Shown: piece by piece, positions 52,446 through 64,000 of the stretch
Position numbering within the stretch: the first letter of the stretch is position 1
Layout: each line of letters opens with the position of its first letter
Assembly: GCF_964204645.1 (NCBI RefSeq)
Contig: NC_134026.1
Coordinates: 10,067,950 to 10,131,949, forward strand
Direction: 5' to 3'
Source of the DNA: Tubulanus polymorphus
Taxonomy: Eukaryota; Animalia; Nemertea
DNA: 64,000 bases
Made by a program: the position numbers and the translations under genes
The notes under the pieces: model-generated
Seen by the model: only the letters and a program-made list of their open reading frames with translations
What the model was told of the DNA's origin: nothing
Database searches by the model: none

Positions 52446-52463
52446 TGGTGGCAGCGGTGGGAT
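52446..52463 (+). other. Primer binding site (tRNA-Leu type)
   Basis: TGGTGGCAGCGGTGGGAT, a few nt after the 5' LTR, is complementary to the 3' end of tRNA-Leu. Confidence 0.85.
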
Positions 52464-52647
52464 AATAAATGTGCCATCTACATCAGAACTACCAGTGTTG
52501 TAAATGGTCATGCTCAGTACGTTTAGGTTACTCATGCTTACATACTCCTTTTATCGTTTACAGTCCCTTCCCTAAGGTAGTGAGTCTGTCATTCCTTTGC
52601 ATTATCTAATGGTTTGATTTTTCTTGTATCAGAATTCCTTTGCTGTG

Positions 52648-53730
52648 ATGGCTAGTGAAGCGTCTAAACGTCCTAATACGCGAGGTCTGAAGAGGACACC
52701 GGCAGTGTCCCGAAGTAGAAGTCACGATGCTGCAATGCGTGACGGCGAACTTTCTCTACCCGGCGATAGCCTTGGGGTCGGCAGTACCGACCGTGGTCGG
52801 AGCAATAATAGTCCCCTGTCCGTGCATTTTGATACCGGGGATAATACGAATATCCCGGTATCATTCCCTTTGCAGTCCCCCTTGCATTCTTTCCCTTCTA
52901 ATAGCGACGGTGGAGATAATGCCTCTACGTCGTTTAGTCGGCAGGATCGTGATTCTTTCTCTCTTGGTCGGCCTCAGTTCCGTGCGGTAGAGCCCGAGTC
53001 ATATTCTGGTGAAGGTGTATGGGAGGACTACCTCCAGGTTTTCATTACCGCATCCGAGGTGAATCAATGGAACGATTCTATGAAGGCGGCTATGCTTTTC
53101 ACTCATCTTAAGGGCGCGGCTCGTCAGTTGGCTTGTTCCTTACCTTTCTCCGACCAGAGGGATTTTTCGCGTCTTGTACAGGCTTTGCATAACAGATTCG
53201 GAGCTAGCAATCAATCGGAGCTCTATCTGGCTGAAATACGTAATCGTAAACGTCGTAGGAACGAGTCCCTTCGTGAGCTCGGCCAGGCACTTATAACCCT
53301 TTCTAACCGTGCATATCCAGGTATGGATATGTTGCAACATGACCGACTTTTGCGGACACACTTTCTTGATGCATTGGATGATAGTGATCTTAGAATGAAG
53401 CTCTTCATGAGCAAATGTCAGTCCTTAGATGAGCTCATTATTCTTGCAGTGGAGCTTGAGGGATATGCTAAGTTGGAGCAAGAACGATTAACTGGGGGAA
53501 GGATATTTGTTAAGAACGTAACCGGCAGAGAAAATGAGTCTACGGAGTTAGACCAGCTACGGGGGCAAGTAGCTGATTTGACCAAGGCTGTATCCAAGCT
53601 TTCCATACCCAATGCTGGACCTCGTGATCTTTCTACCGTTCGTTGTTTTAATTGCGATCGGATGGGCCATTTCAGACGTAATTGTCCTGATAGGTCGGGA
53701 AACTTCCGTCAGCGGGTCAAGCGGGAGTAA
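52648..53730 (+). CDS. gag: Gag (capsid plus CCHC knuckle)
   Basis: WEDYLQVF...NQW...LKGAA capsid motif and CFNCDRMGHFRRNC zinc knuckle. Confidence 0.92.
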   Translation: MASEASKRPNTRGLKRTPAVSRSRSHDAAMRDGELSLPGDSLGVGSTDRGRSNNSPLSVHFDTGDNTNIPVSFPLQSPLHSFPSNSDGGDNASTSFSRQDRDSFSLGRPQFRAVEPESYSGEGVWEDYLQVFITASEVNQWNDSMKAAMLFTHLKGAARQLACSLPFSDQRDFSRLVQALHNRFGASNQSELYLAEIRNRKRRRNESLRELGQALITLSNRAYPGMDMLQHDRLLRTHFLDALDDSDLRMKLFMSKCQSLDELIILAVELEGYAKLEQERLTGGRIFVKNVTGRENESTELDQLRGQVADLTKAVSKLSIPNAGPRDLSTVRCFNCDRMGHFRRNCPDRSGNFRQRVKRE

Positions 53731-56700
53731 GCCCTGCTGCTGACTTATCTCCCACTACACAAATGCACGAGACAGAGAAACCCATAGTAAAAGATTCTTT
53801 GAGACTTCCTATAATAGTCGAAGGTGTTAAACTCAATTGCCTTGTGGACACTGGAGCATCAGTGTCTATCCTAAATCATAACTGCTATTACCGGCTGGGT
53901 GAACATACGTCTTCGCCCCCCTTGTTGGATACTTCATTAAACCTCCTAACAGCTAATAAAACTCCCATTCGCTCGTTAGGCCACACGAATGTTGAAGTAA
54001 AGCTGTTCCAAAAACCTGTACATTGGGAAATTCGTGGTCGCAGATATCAGTGAAGATGTCATTTTAGGCATGGATTTCCTATCCTTCTTTGACTGTCAGA
54101 TCTTTCCTAAACGCCGGACCCTCATATGTGGCAATGAGCAACTTCATGCAAAATCTCCCAGTAACGGAGCTTGTCTCAATATTGTTTCCTCTTGTCAGAG
54201 AGTAGTTATAGGCCCCCGTTCGGAAGCGTTAATCGCGGGCATGGCTATGGATATCGAAGCCTATAGCAAGTGGGCATTAGTCGAACCTCGCATTTCTAGT
54301 AATATCACTGACGGTCTGATGGTTGCCCGCTGCCTTGTGGATACCGAAACTCATGCAATTCCCGTTCGAGTGTTCAACTCAACGGACCATCCAGTCACCG
54401 TCCCCCAGGGTTGTTCTATTGCTTCCATGGTCTCAATTGCGAGCCTCGATGACGCTCCGTCAGGCGAAGACGTACCTGACTCTTCAGATTCGCATTCAGT
54501 TAATCATATCAATTGCAACACCCCTGATCACCTTACAGATCTAATTGAACGCAGTTCTGAAGGATTTAATGATAAAGACGCTGCGAAGATTCGCGAGGTG
54601 ATTTCAAATTATTCGGACATATTCGTCCAATACGATATGGATCTTGGTACCGCTAAGGGTATAAAGCATACTATCGACGTTGGTAATGCTCGTCCCGTTA
54701 GACAGCGACCCCGTCGTCTGCCCCAGGTAAAACAAGACGAGGCTGATCGTCAAGTTAAAGAAATGCTCGAAAAAGGGGTCATAGAGCCATCCACCAGTCC
54801 TTGGGCAAGTCCCGTCGTCTTAGTTACCAAGAAAGACGGCAGTACCCGTTTCTGTATAGATTACCGAAGATTAAATGAAGTCACGTTAAAAGACGCGTAT
54901 CCCCTTCCTCGCATTGACGATTCTCTGAGATCCCTCCACGGTGCCAAGTATTTCTGTGTAATGGATTTAGCTAGTGGTTATTGGCAGGTCGAGCTCGACG
55001 AAGATGCAAAGGAAAAATCGGCGTTCGTGATGAGAAATGGCTTGTATCAGTTTAAGAAAATGCCTTTCGGCCTATGTAACGCAAGCGCCACGTTCGAACG
55101 CCTTATGGAGAACGTCCTATCCTCGTTGCAATACGAAATCTGTCTGGTTTATCTAGACGACGTGATAGTTTTTGGCTCGTCCCTTGATGCCACGTTAGAG
55201 AACCTTGGACGGGTATTTGAGCGCTTCCGCTTGTCTGGGTTAAAGTTAAAGCCTAAGAAGTGTCATTTCTTTCGAGCGTCGGTCCAATACTTAGGCCATA
55301 TCGTCTCCGAAGCTGGCGTTTCTTGCGATCCCGAAAAATTGAGAGCAGTGAGCGAGTGGCCTATTCCACGTACAGTCACAGGAGTCCGCTCTTTCATGGG
55401 TCTCGCATCGTATTACAGGTCTTTCTGTCCGAACTTTGCGGCCGTAGCTAAACCCCTCCATCGTCTAACCGAGAAGGGTAGAGAGTTCCTTTGGACTGCT
55501 GAGTGTCAACGAGCGTTTGAAACTTTGAAGTCGCTGCTCACTACATCCCCTGTACTAGCCTATCCTGATCTGAGAATTCCTTTTATCCTTGACACTGATG
55601 CAAGTGATACGGGCATCGGTGGTGTTCTTTCTCAGGTACACGCTGGTAGTGAAAGAGCCATAGCTTATGCCAGTCGTTCGTTGTCTAAAGAACAACGCAA
55701 TTATTGCGTAACCAGGAGAGAATTATTAGCCGTTGTCACGTTTGTCAAATATTTTCGACATTATCTATGGGGTACTCGCTTTACTTTGCGAACTGACCAC
55801 GGATCCCTTAGGTGGCTTACCTCCTTTAAAGAACCCGAAGGCCAAGTAGCTCGGTGGATAGCCGTCCTTAGCACGTACGATTATGAACTCCTTCACCGCC
55901 CCGGGCGAAACCACGGAAATGCCGACGCGTTATCACGTCAGAACTGTTCGCAGTGTCGTAGGATTGAGCATAAGAGTAGATCGCCCGCACCCTCTGACGA
56001 TGTAGGCGTTAATACTATCGGCAGTGTCACTACCACGATAGGTTTCTCTCTACTTCCGCATTGGTCAAAAAAAGAGTTAGCGTCCGCTCAGCGCTGTGAC
56101 CCGGAGTTCCGATGGATACTTCGCAAGTTGAAAGATAAGGTCCGCCCTACTCACGAAGAGTCTGCTTCTAAGGGCCCGTCTGACCGTTTCTATTCTACCC
56201 GTTGGGAGAACCTCCGTTTCGTGGATGGTTTGCTTCACATCATTAAGCACAGGGAAGGTCTCTCCGATTCGACTATCCTACTTTTACCGAAGCAGTTTCG
56301 ACAGGAGGTGCTCGAACATTTTCACGGCCACCTTGTTCGTGGGCACTTTGGCGTCAAGCGCACATTGACCGCAATACACGGCAGGTACTTTTGGTACGAT
56401 ATAAAGAGCGATGTCGCCGTTTGGTGCAGAAATTGTGAGTTGTGTCTCTCCCGGAAAAATCCTACTCGGCCAAATCACGGTCCTCTACAGTCCTCGGTAG
56501 TTGGGTTCCCTATGCAAAAAGTTGCCATGGACATCGTTGGTAATTTCCCTAGAACTAGCCGTGGTAATATCGCCATACTTGTCGTAGCCGACTACTTCAC
56601 TAAGTGGGTGGAGGCATATCCTATCGCCAACAAAGAAGCTGTCACGATAGCCGAAATTCTTACCCGTGAATTCTTCCCCCGTTTTGGAATACCTGATCAA

Positions 56701-57465
56701 TTACATTCCGATCAGGGTAGCAACTTCTTGTCTAAAATCATGAAGGAGGTATGCGAACTCCTCCGCATAAGGCAAACCCGTACTAGTCCTTATCACCCGC
56801 AATCCGACGGTCTCGTCGAGCGATTCCATCGCACATTAGTATCGGAGCTTTCTCTAGTAATTGAAGAAAGTCAAGATGATTGGGATCTGCAGCTTCCGTT
56901 CGTAACTATGGCTTATCGAGCCTCCAGGCACGATGCTACTGGTTTCACTCCTAACTTTCTTATGTTGGGTCGTGAGCTCCCTGCGCCTTTGGATCTTTTA
57001 TCCGGAAGATCGTTGTCTCTTGCACAAGAACAAACTTCTTATGCCCGTGAACTCCGCGAGCGTATTTCCACCGCTTACGACCGCACTCGGAACTCCTTAG
57101 GTCGACGTATAGTCTTCATGAAAAACCAGTATGACAAAAAGGCTCGAGGACACCCTTTTCGTGTCGATCAGTTAGTTTGGTTACATCAACCCGCCGTGCC
57201 TCTCGGTAAATCTCCGAAACTTTGGAAGCATTGGGTTGGTCCTTGTACTATCGTCCAAGTCCTGAATGACGTAACTTATCGTATCCGGTTGCCTAATGCC
57301 TCTGAGAAAGTGGTTCACTTCGATCGTCTCAAAATCCATCCTCGTCCGGATGAGGTCATTTCCCCTTCAGTCCCTCGTGCGATTGACACTGCTAATCCTC
57401 ATGTAGCAACGAAAACTCGTAGTGGAAGGGTCGTACACCGTCCCGTTCGATATTCGTGTACTTAA
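53697..57465 (+). CDS. pol: Pol (PR-RT-RNase H-IN), entered by -1 frameshift; one extra 1-nt frameshift at ~54028
   Basis: LVDTGAS, YLDDVIV, LDTDAS, H..HFG..C..C, DIVG / DQGSNF / GLVER and WVGPC. Slippery site G GGA AAC at 53697-53703. Confidence 0.93.
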
Positions 57466-57493
57466 CTCTTAACCCTTTCTTTTGTCTTCGCAG

Positions 57494-57845
57494 GCCTACG
57501 TGTAAAGTATGTGAAGGGGTTTTCCCCGCCTCTGCTATCGAGTCACACATGATGAAGTACCATAATAGCTCGGCGATCGAGGCACCCGTTAGTGCCACTC
57601 CCTCTACCAGTAAATTGGATCTCATCTTGTCACAGGTCACCGAGGCTGGAGCGGGAGGCGAACCAGCGCCGAAACTTATCACAGTAAAAAAACGGAAGCG
57701 GGTCCCCGTTTTACCTCCTCGTTTCCCGCCTAAAGAGCCAATCGTCCTTTCACCAAACGCAACGAGACGGGATGCTTCAACACAGACGGACGCCCCCGCC
57801 AATAGAGAGTATGTGCTATTGCACGAACACCTGGGTGTGAAGTGA
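57494..57845 (+). CDS. Third ORF: C2H2 zinc-finger/NLS protein, start codon predicted to form by splicing
   Basis: Branch point plus polypyrimidine tract plus CAG acceptor at 57493; PTCKVCEGVFPASAIESHMMKYH; KKRKR; AATAAA at 57928. Confidence 0.65.
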
Positions 57846-58081
57846 AGTATCTCGGCTACGCCGGGGATGCGGTTGACTGTGCGCAATGCCGCGTATACCT
57901 CGCACAGAACAAACATTTGTTGTAACCAATAAATAAACGCTGAATTTGACAAAATAATAGTAATTCCGTATTCTTCTTCTGAGGTATTATCCGTCTTCAA
58001 CGTTCGACTCAATTTGGAAATCTGTTGATCACCTCCCCTTGAGAAAATTTTGTTGCTATATTGTTCGACCTTGTTCGGTCT

Positions 58082-58091
58082 GGCAGGGGGG
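58082..58091 (+). other. Polypurine tract
   Basis: GGCAGGGGGG 2 nt before the 3' LTR. Confidence 0.8.
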
Positions 58092-58093
58092 TG

Positions 58094-60401
58094 TGTAACA
58101 AAATTTCATTTCTCAAGACAGATACCTCTATCCCCTTGGTTATCAGCGACCGTGCAGAAGATACATTTCCCCTTGCTTCAACTCCGGCGATAACCCGCGG
58201 CTCCTTAGTCCCGAAATTGTTCCCGGTGGTAAATAGTACCGCCGCTGTATTTATCTCGCCTTTTACACACTAAATAATTATCGAAAGTCATCATGTACGA
58301 TACCGTTTGAAAGAGGATTATAAAGTCTTGACTCGGTGAAAGCATCTACTAATGTCATCGTTTTTTAGGCGACACGAGTTGTAGTTTGGTAGATGAACCA
58401 ATTTCGCCGGTTTGTTTACTTCCGGTCCGGCCTCATGATCCGCTCGATAAGCGGGAGAGTTAAAGTTTCTACGATGACGTCTTGTTACTGTCACCATAAC
58501 ATATCACCTTAGTATTTAGTCACATAAATTAAGTTCTTAGATAATTATCATTATTACAAACCTAGAAGATGATTTCGGCACCTTCGTGCCTTAAAGCTAA
58601 TGAGTATTCGACGGTTAAACCTGCGATCTCGAACGCGGTCACGCATGACGACAGCCTTTCGGGACCTCACTTGTCTTTACGACCGAACTATCTAACACGA
58701 ATTTCATATCATCGGAAAGTACAAGTTCCAACCTTTTTAATGGTATATTACTTCGATAAGAAGACAACGTAGTTCAGCAGCAAAGCGGCTCGGAAGAATC
58801 CTAGGAAGCACATCCGACGGGGCGGCCATTGTTGAGCGACCAGTGAAGCGACGCGGAGTGAAGATGCAACACATCGGAGTCGGCAATATCAGAATATAAG
58901 GCGCGCAGTTTTTCTCTTTCAGTTAGTTACTCGGAGAACGTCTTTAAGATGTAAGTCGGTCCGGGACAGCGCCGCCTGGCGGCGTTTCGGGTCTTGTACC
59001 CGTTCGTCTCTGTTCCTTCTTTCTGAGTTAGAAATTAAGGGCCTTAGGCCCACAGAATCCCCCTTACTGTAAATACGTTACTAGTCTTGAGTATTACTCT
59101 TTGTTAAGCATTAAGCTACGGCAAAATCATAGTACGATTTCCTCACCTATGGCCATAAGCCATTGGGCATTACGTTTACCGTCCATACTTATGTATTATT
59201 GACGGGCCCTGTGTTTCTCGTTTGTCCTTAGGATCGTTGAACTATATATAATCCGTCAATACTTATGTATTAGGTATGGATTCTTGATACCAGGCCTTGG
59301 GTTCTTGTGTTACTCCCCGTTTATACTTAAGTATATAGAGACGGGTTTGACCATTACTTGTGCTTATAGCTTTATCAAACTATTATTCTGCCTTCATGTA
59401 TGTGTGATATAGGTCCTTAAGACCAGCTTTCAGGCGCGTATCTTTAAGTTTCAATAAATTTTATATAGGTATAATGTTCGCGGTCTATATGTTCGTTGTA
59501 TAAGTATGAAGCGTAACAGCATGTGTCAATCGCATTATCTTTTCCCTTTGTAAGTATGTAAGCATTTGTGGAGTATGAACCTGTCTTGTATTTGAGCATG
59601 ACATATGTCAGTTTCTGATAGACGAATAAAAGCTGCTGTCGCAGCACGTAATGGTATTAACGATTTAGTAATAGATGTTGGGTAGTAAAACCGTGGAGTT
59701 GGTCGGAGCGTCCATGGTCTGTATAGAGGCTTACTCTCGGAAATGGTAGAGTCCAGCGGAACGTAGTGCAATCCCGTTCGGGTGACGGGCGGTTTCTGTT
59801 TATTCCGCTATCCAATTTAGGCTCAAGCGAGGAAATTCCACGTCGGGGGTGGGTGACGTGGTGTGTGATACGGTCGATTCGGGTTCATGTATAACTACGA
59901 GGCCGTATGTTATTGGGTGAACAGAAGGGTGCGCATCGCTATCTGTAGGTTCTAACATAGGGTTGGGCCCGATCCTTAGTTCCCGGAGGATAGTTTTCGA
60001 ATCGACCCAGTCGTTACGTTCCTGGATCTATCAGCAATCTACACCCGGGGTTGCGGGAATTGCTTACTCGTGTGTTAGGTCGAGTTAAGCCTGAGAGTCA
60101 TTTATTATTCTACACACAAACATAACTTCCTGTGGTGGTCGTAGACCCCTTCATAAACATCTTTCCCGTTGTTTACGTGACACAGGCGGACCCTTTGTAG
60201 CGGCGCCATTTTACATACATCTATTACATAAGTACACATTTACATATATACACTCTGAGGACATATAAGAGGATCACGCTACCGCTATGATCGACTCTGG
60301 TGCGAGTGAGTGCACACACTCGCCCGGTGAGTATTTTCAGGTACTATGTGGATGAAGAAACATGCTAAATTCTTAATGTATTCTAACTACGAAACGCTAC
60401 A
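58094..60401 (+). repeat. 3' LTR (2308 bp)
   Basis: Direct repeat of 50134-52441. Confidence 0.97.
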
Positions 60402-61465
60402 CAGGGAAGGATTTTTGAGGGGGATGAAAGACCTCGGAGATGCAGATATTAATCCCAGTTCTATTGTCAATGACAGGCATATCCAAATAGAAAGTGTGAT
60501 CAATAGTACTTTTTCTCATATAAGTCATCAATTCGATATGTGGCATTTTGCTAAATCGATACTTAACCATTTAACCGGCAATCGGTCGCTAGCGACCGAT
60601 TTGACTAGACTAGCTATAGTGAATAGAATAGTCAAGTATTGATTTCAGTGAAGCATTCTAACTCATTTTCCTATGAGCAGATGGCAACACCAGACGGCCT
60701 ACAATGTCTAACAAAGTAGGAAAGAGACATATCATACATTTGGCATGTAGTAGGGGGTATAGAATCCACATATCACGTGGGTCGAATTGGATTTCCAAAA
60801 TTGAGAATATCGATAATAGTAATGGCCAATGCGCTTAAGATGTTCTCTAGTGAGTTTGGCTGATAATTCATAATGAGATGAATCTTATGACAGTGCTTGA
60901 TTATGGATGGCCCAAAAATCTGGATGACCTTGGAGTCAGACCCTGAAGGTAACCCCCAAAGTTTGCAAACATGGTATCATTTGAAAGCTTGTGAAAAGAG
61001 CTTTCATAAATACAAACAGTATGGGGTTATCCCTCATATCTACTGAGTTATTAATTTTTCCCATTGTAAGGTCCAAAATCTGTCATAGCCTGAAAAATAC
61101 TTGCCAGTTAAAGGGTTAAAATGATTAATAGAGATTGAAGAAAAAGGGAAATGAGTTGTTGGGAAAATCGAAACAGTCAGTTATAAAATATATGTGGAGG
61201 TGCGCATCAAGCTGTGATGGAGATGGAGATTGAGGAAAATGGGTGTCTTTACTGCATAATATTGTTAGTAAGCATGGATACAAATATGGATCGTTGTACC
61301 ATGAGTGTGCCAATACATGCCTTACTTGTAAACAAGTAAAAGAAACGAAGTGGATGACTGAAAAAAGTCAGTCCTTTGAATCCTTGAAATCTATTGTATT
61401 ATACAAGAATTTTGAAGCATATTGCTAAATCAAGTGAATTCTGTCATACAGGTGTACTTGAGGGC
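60402..61465 (+). pseudogene. Kolobok/Mutator-like transposase remnant, target of the Gypsy insertion
   Basis: GMDR|EGFLRG reads across the empty site, then NDRHIQI...HQFDMWHFAKSI and, after a nested MITE, W..ASSCDGD..KWVSLLH. Confidence 0.7.
60567..61115. mobile_element. Non-autonomous piggyBac-type element
   Basis: TTAA TSD (60563-60566 and 61116-61119); TIR CCATTTAACCGGCA / TGCCAGTTAAAGGG. Confidence 0.75.
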
Positions 61466-61530
61466 AACATTTCTTTAGAGTCCTCGTCAAAATTTCTGTA
61501 GGGTACAGGTAGACAGGAAAACTATTATAT

Positions 61531-64000
61531 CCCTTTGTTGCATATGGGTTACAATTGTTACCTTTTTTGGGGGGCCAAAAATAATTTTCAGTGAACAGAA
61601 TATTTTGTATGCATATACATCACAATTGTGACATTTGGTAGTTTATGTATCAATGGATAGATGGCGTAGGTAGTCTACTTTGGAAATCCAAGATGGCGGC
61701 GCCCATGTTAGGAAGGTGAGTTGAAAATTCTACAAATTTAAGGTCCCCTAAAATTTTGATAAGGCCAGGAATTGTGTCAATAACCAAATAAATGTGTTAT
61801 TAGGAACACAAAGACAATGCAGAATGCATTTTATGTATATTTAAAACTAAAAATTTGAAAAGGAGCTGTTTTATGGTTTGGTCACAATTGTGTCGTTCAT
61901 GCACACGAGCCGCATTAAGTAATGGTTACAATTGTGATAGCCATGCACTAGGACTTATTGTGTATTTTCTCACCTGTATATCATTAGATTACATTCTAAA
62001 ATTAGTACTGATATGTCTCCTTTGTCCTATATAGCACACCTAGATTGAGTTTACTCTATACTATGTTGTTTATGTTCCAGATTGAGTCGTCAAAGGCAGC
62101 GCCTTTCTACAAATGATGTAGTTCAGAACATTCTCAACAGTGATGATGACGATGACGGTGATATACCGTCTGGAAGTGAAGACGAACGGTTAGAAAGTGG
62201 CTCTTCAGCTGATGAAAGATATGATAGTGATGAAGACCCTGCATATAGTGAGGATGAAAATTCTGAAGGTTCTGTCGATGGCGATGAAAGCAAAGAGACA
62301 GACGATGATAACACTGATGATGTGCCGACTCAACCCGCTAAACATGCTAGGCATGCGGCAACTTCAAACAAGTAAGTTTGAGCTTTACATGGGGCCTAAT
62401 TACAGCTAAATTTATTTTATTCTAGCCAGGGGGTATAACCTAAACTTTGACTTGTGTCTTTCAGACCGAAGAGAAAAGTTTTGAAGTGGACGCATGCCGA
62501 TATAAAAGATTCAGGTGACCTACCAGAAAATGAATTATTGCCTAGGGGTGAGATAAAAAAAACTGCGAATCAGAAATTGACTATTTCTTATTGATGTTTG
62601 GCCAGGAGGCTATAGAACTGATAACACTGGAAACTAACCGATTTAGGTTACAACAAAAAAAGGACAAAACACCAGTAATTAGTGAACAGGAGATGCGTAT
62701 AGTTCTTGGAATCGTTATTTACACGTCAGTTGTTCATTTGCCTGGTCGAAGAGATTACTGGTCACAAGATATTCAACAAGAACTTGTAAAAAATGCCATG
62801 TCGGTTAATCGTTTTGAACAAATACTTGCAGTTTTCCATGTTAGCAACAATGATTTAGAGGTGAAACATGGTCAACCCGGTTATGACAGGCTCCATAAAG
62901 TCAGGCCACTGCTGAAAATAATCCAAACAAATTTTGATAAAAATGCTGAGCCTGAAAGGTTCATGTCTGTAGATGAGCAAATTGTTCCATTCAAGGGACA
63001 CCATAGTCTCAAAGTCTATATGGAAAAAAAGCCAAAAAAATGGGGCTATAAAATAAGGGGACTAGCCGGTCAATCCAGCTATATGCACAAATTTTACATA
63101 CAGGGTGATCCCTGATTTAGAACCAGGCATAGGTAAGAGTGATGAAGTTGTTTTGAATTTGGTACATCTCCTTCGTCAAGGCACTCACATTTTCTTTGAC
63201 AACTATTTTGCATCCCCAGAACTACTCCTAGAGCTAAAACGTCGAGGCTATCATGCGACCTGTACGATGCGTAAAAATAGGCGTGCTAAATGTCCCTTAA
63301 AGAGTGAAAAGGAATTAAAAAACAGGGCGGGGGTTCCTTTGACTACCAATCAGCCTAAGGAATCGTTATAACAGCCTGGTTTGACAATAAGGTTGTTACA
63401 GTTGGTTCAAACTTGTGTTCAGTCACGCCAACCCAGTATGTACGTCGGTATAATGCCAAAGAAAAAATAAACATGTAGAAATTGAGTGCCCAAGTATTAT
63501 AAAAACCTATAACCAAAACATGGGCGGTGTTGACCGTTGTGACATGTTATTGTCTTTTTATCGGATTAGAATGAACAGCAAGAAGTGGTACAAACGCATT
63601 ATCTTCCACTTATTAGATATGAGTTGTGTAAATGCCTGGACTATTGGCAGAAAAAATGGAAGTATTCAAACCAAGAGTAACAAGTTATACAGATTCAAAC
63701 TTGCCATTGCCCACTGCCTAATTTTGGGTGTTCCCAATCCTGAACCTGTGCTGAGAATCGAATCTGAAAAGGATGTACACAGGGCAAAGTTTGTGCCTGA
63801 CCACATACGCCTTGATGGTCATGGGCATTTGCCAAAATGGTTAGCTGAGGTCCCTAAACGCTGCAAAAACCCTACTTGTAATCGATGTACCAGATTCTTC
63901 TGTATGAAATGCAACGTATATTTGTGCATCGACAAACACAGCGATTGCTTTTATGACTTCCATGTAACTAACTAAAAATGACAGTGTAGATGTAATATCA
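61531..64000 (+). mobile_element. piggyBac transposon with an intron-containing, frameshifted transposase (62081-63975); extends past the window
   Basis: Left end CCCTTTGTTGCAT resembles the 20887 terminus. Acidic exon 62081-62371, then intron, then VDEQIVPFKG, KKWGYK, FFDNYF, MGGVDRCD, KWYKRI and a Cys-rich C-terminus. Confidence 0.9.

Larger units (their letters stand above)
50134..60401 (+). mobile_element. Full-length, recent Ty3/Gypsy LTR retrotransposon (10.27 kb)
   Basis: TG...CA LTRs at 50134-52441 and 58094-60401, 4-bp TSD CAGG (50130-50133 and 60402-60405), PBS, PPT, gag and pol in PR-RT-RH-IN order. Confidence 0.98.

Noticed and set aside
57392-58012. 206-aa antisense ORF, or an env gene after pol
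   Set aside because: It is the antisense shadow of the zinc-finger ORF. Neither strand shows a signal peptide, furin site or TM anchor typical of Env.

Overview
AT-rich animal genomic DNA, probably from an invertebrate such as a mollusc or annelid (inference from the transposon repertoire and GT-AG introns). The first ~14.3 kb holds two minus-strand host genes among MITE and SINE fragments: a single-exon PTB/PID-like protein, and a 7-exon multipass membrane protein resembling the SERINC/Ice2 superfamily. The remaining ~50 kb is a nested pile of transposons: a decayed BEL/Pao element, several piggyBacs, a hAT-like end, a Helitron/Helentron carrying two deubiquitinase-like domains, a P-superfamily element, an ISL2EU element, DIRS/Kolobok/MULE fragments and a very young full-length Gypsy. 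Nearly all transposase and pol frames lie on the + strand. Two observations stand out. (1) The P-superfamily transposase begins with a RAG1 N-terminal (CND)-like zinc domain and faces a second, convergent gene with a PHD-like finger, a ProtoRAG-like layout on a different catalytic core. (2) The Gypsy has an env-position third ORF whose ATG is created only by splicing from the LTR, and it encodes a zinc-finger/NLS protein rather than an envelope. All homology calls come from motif recognition by eye; no searches were run.
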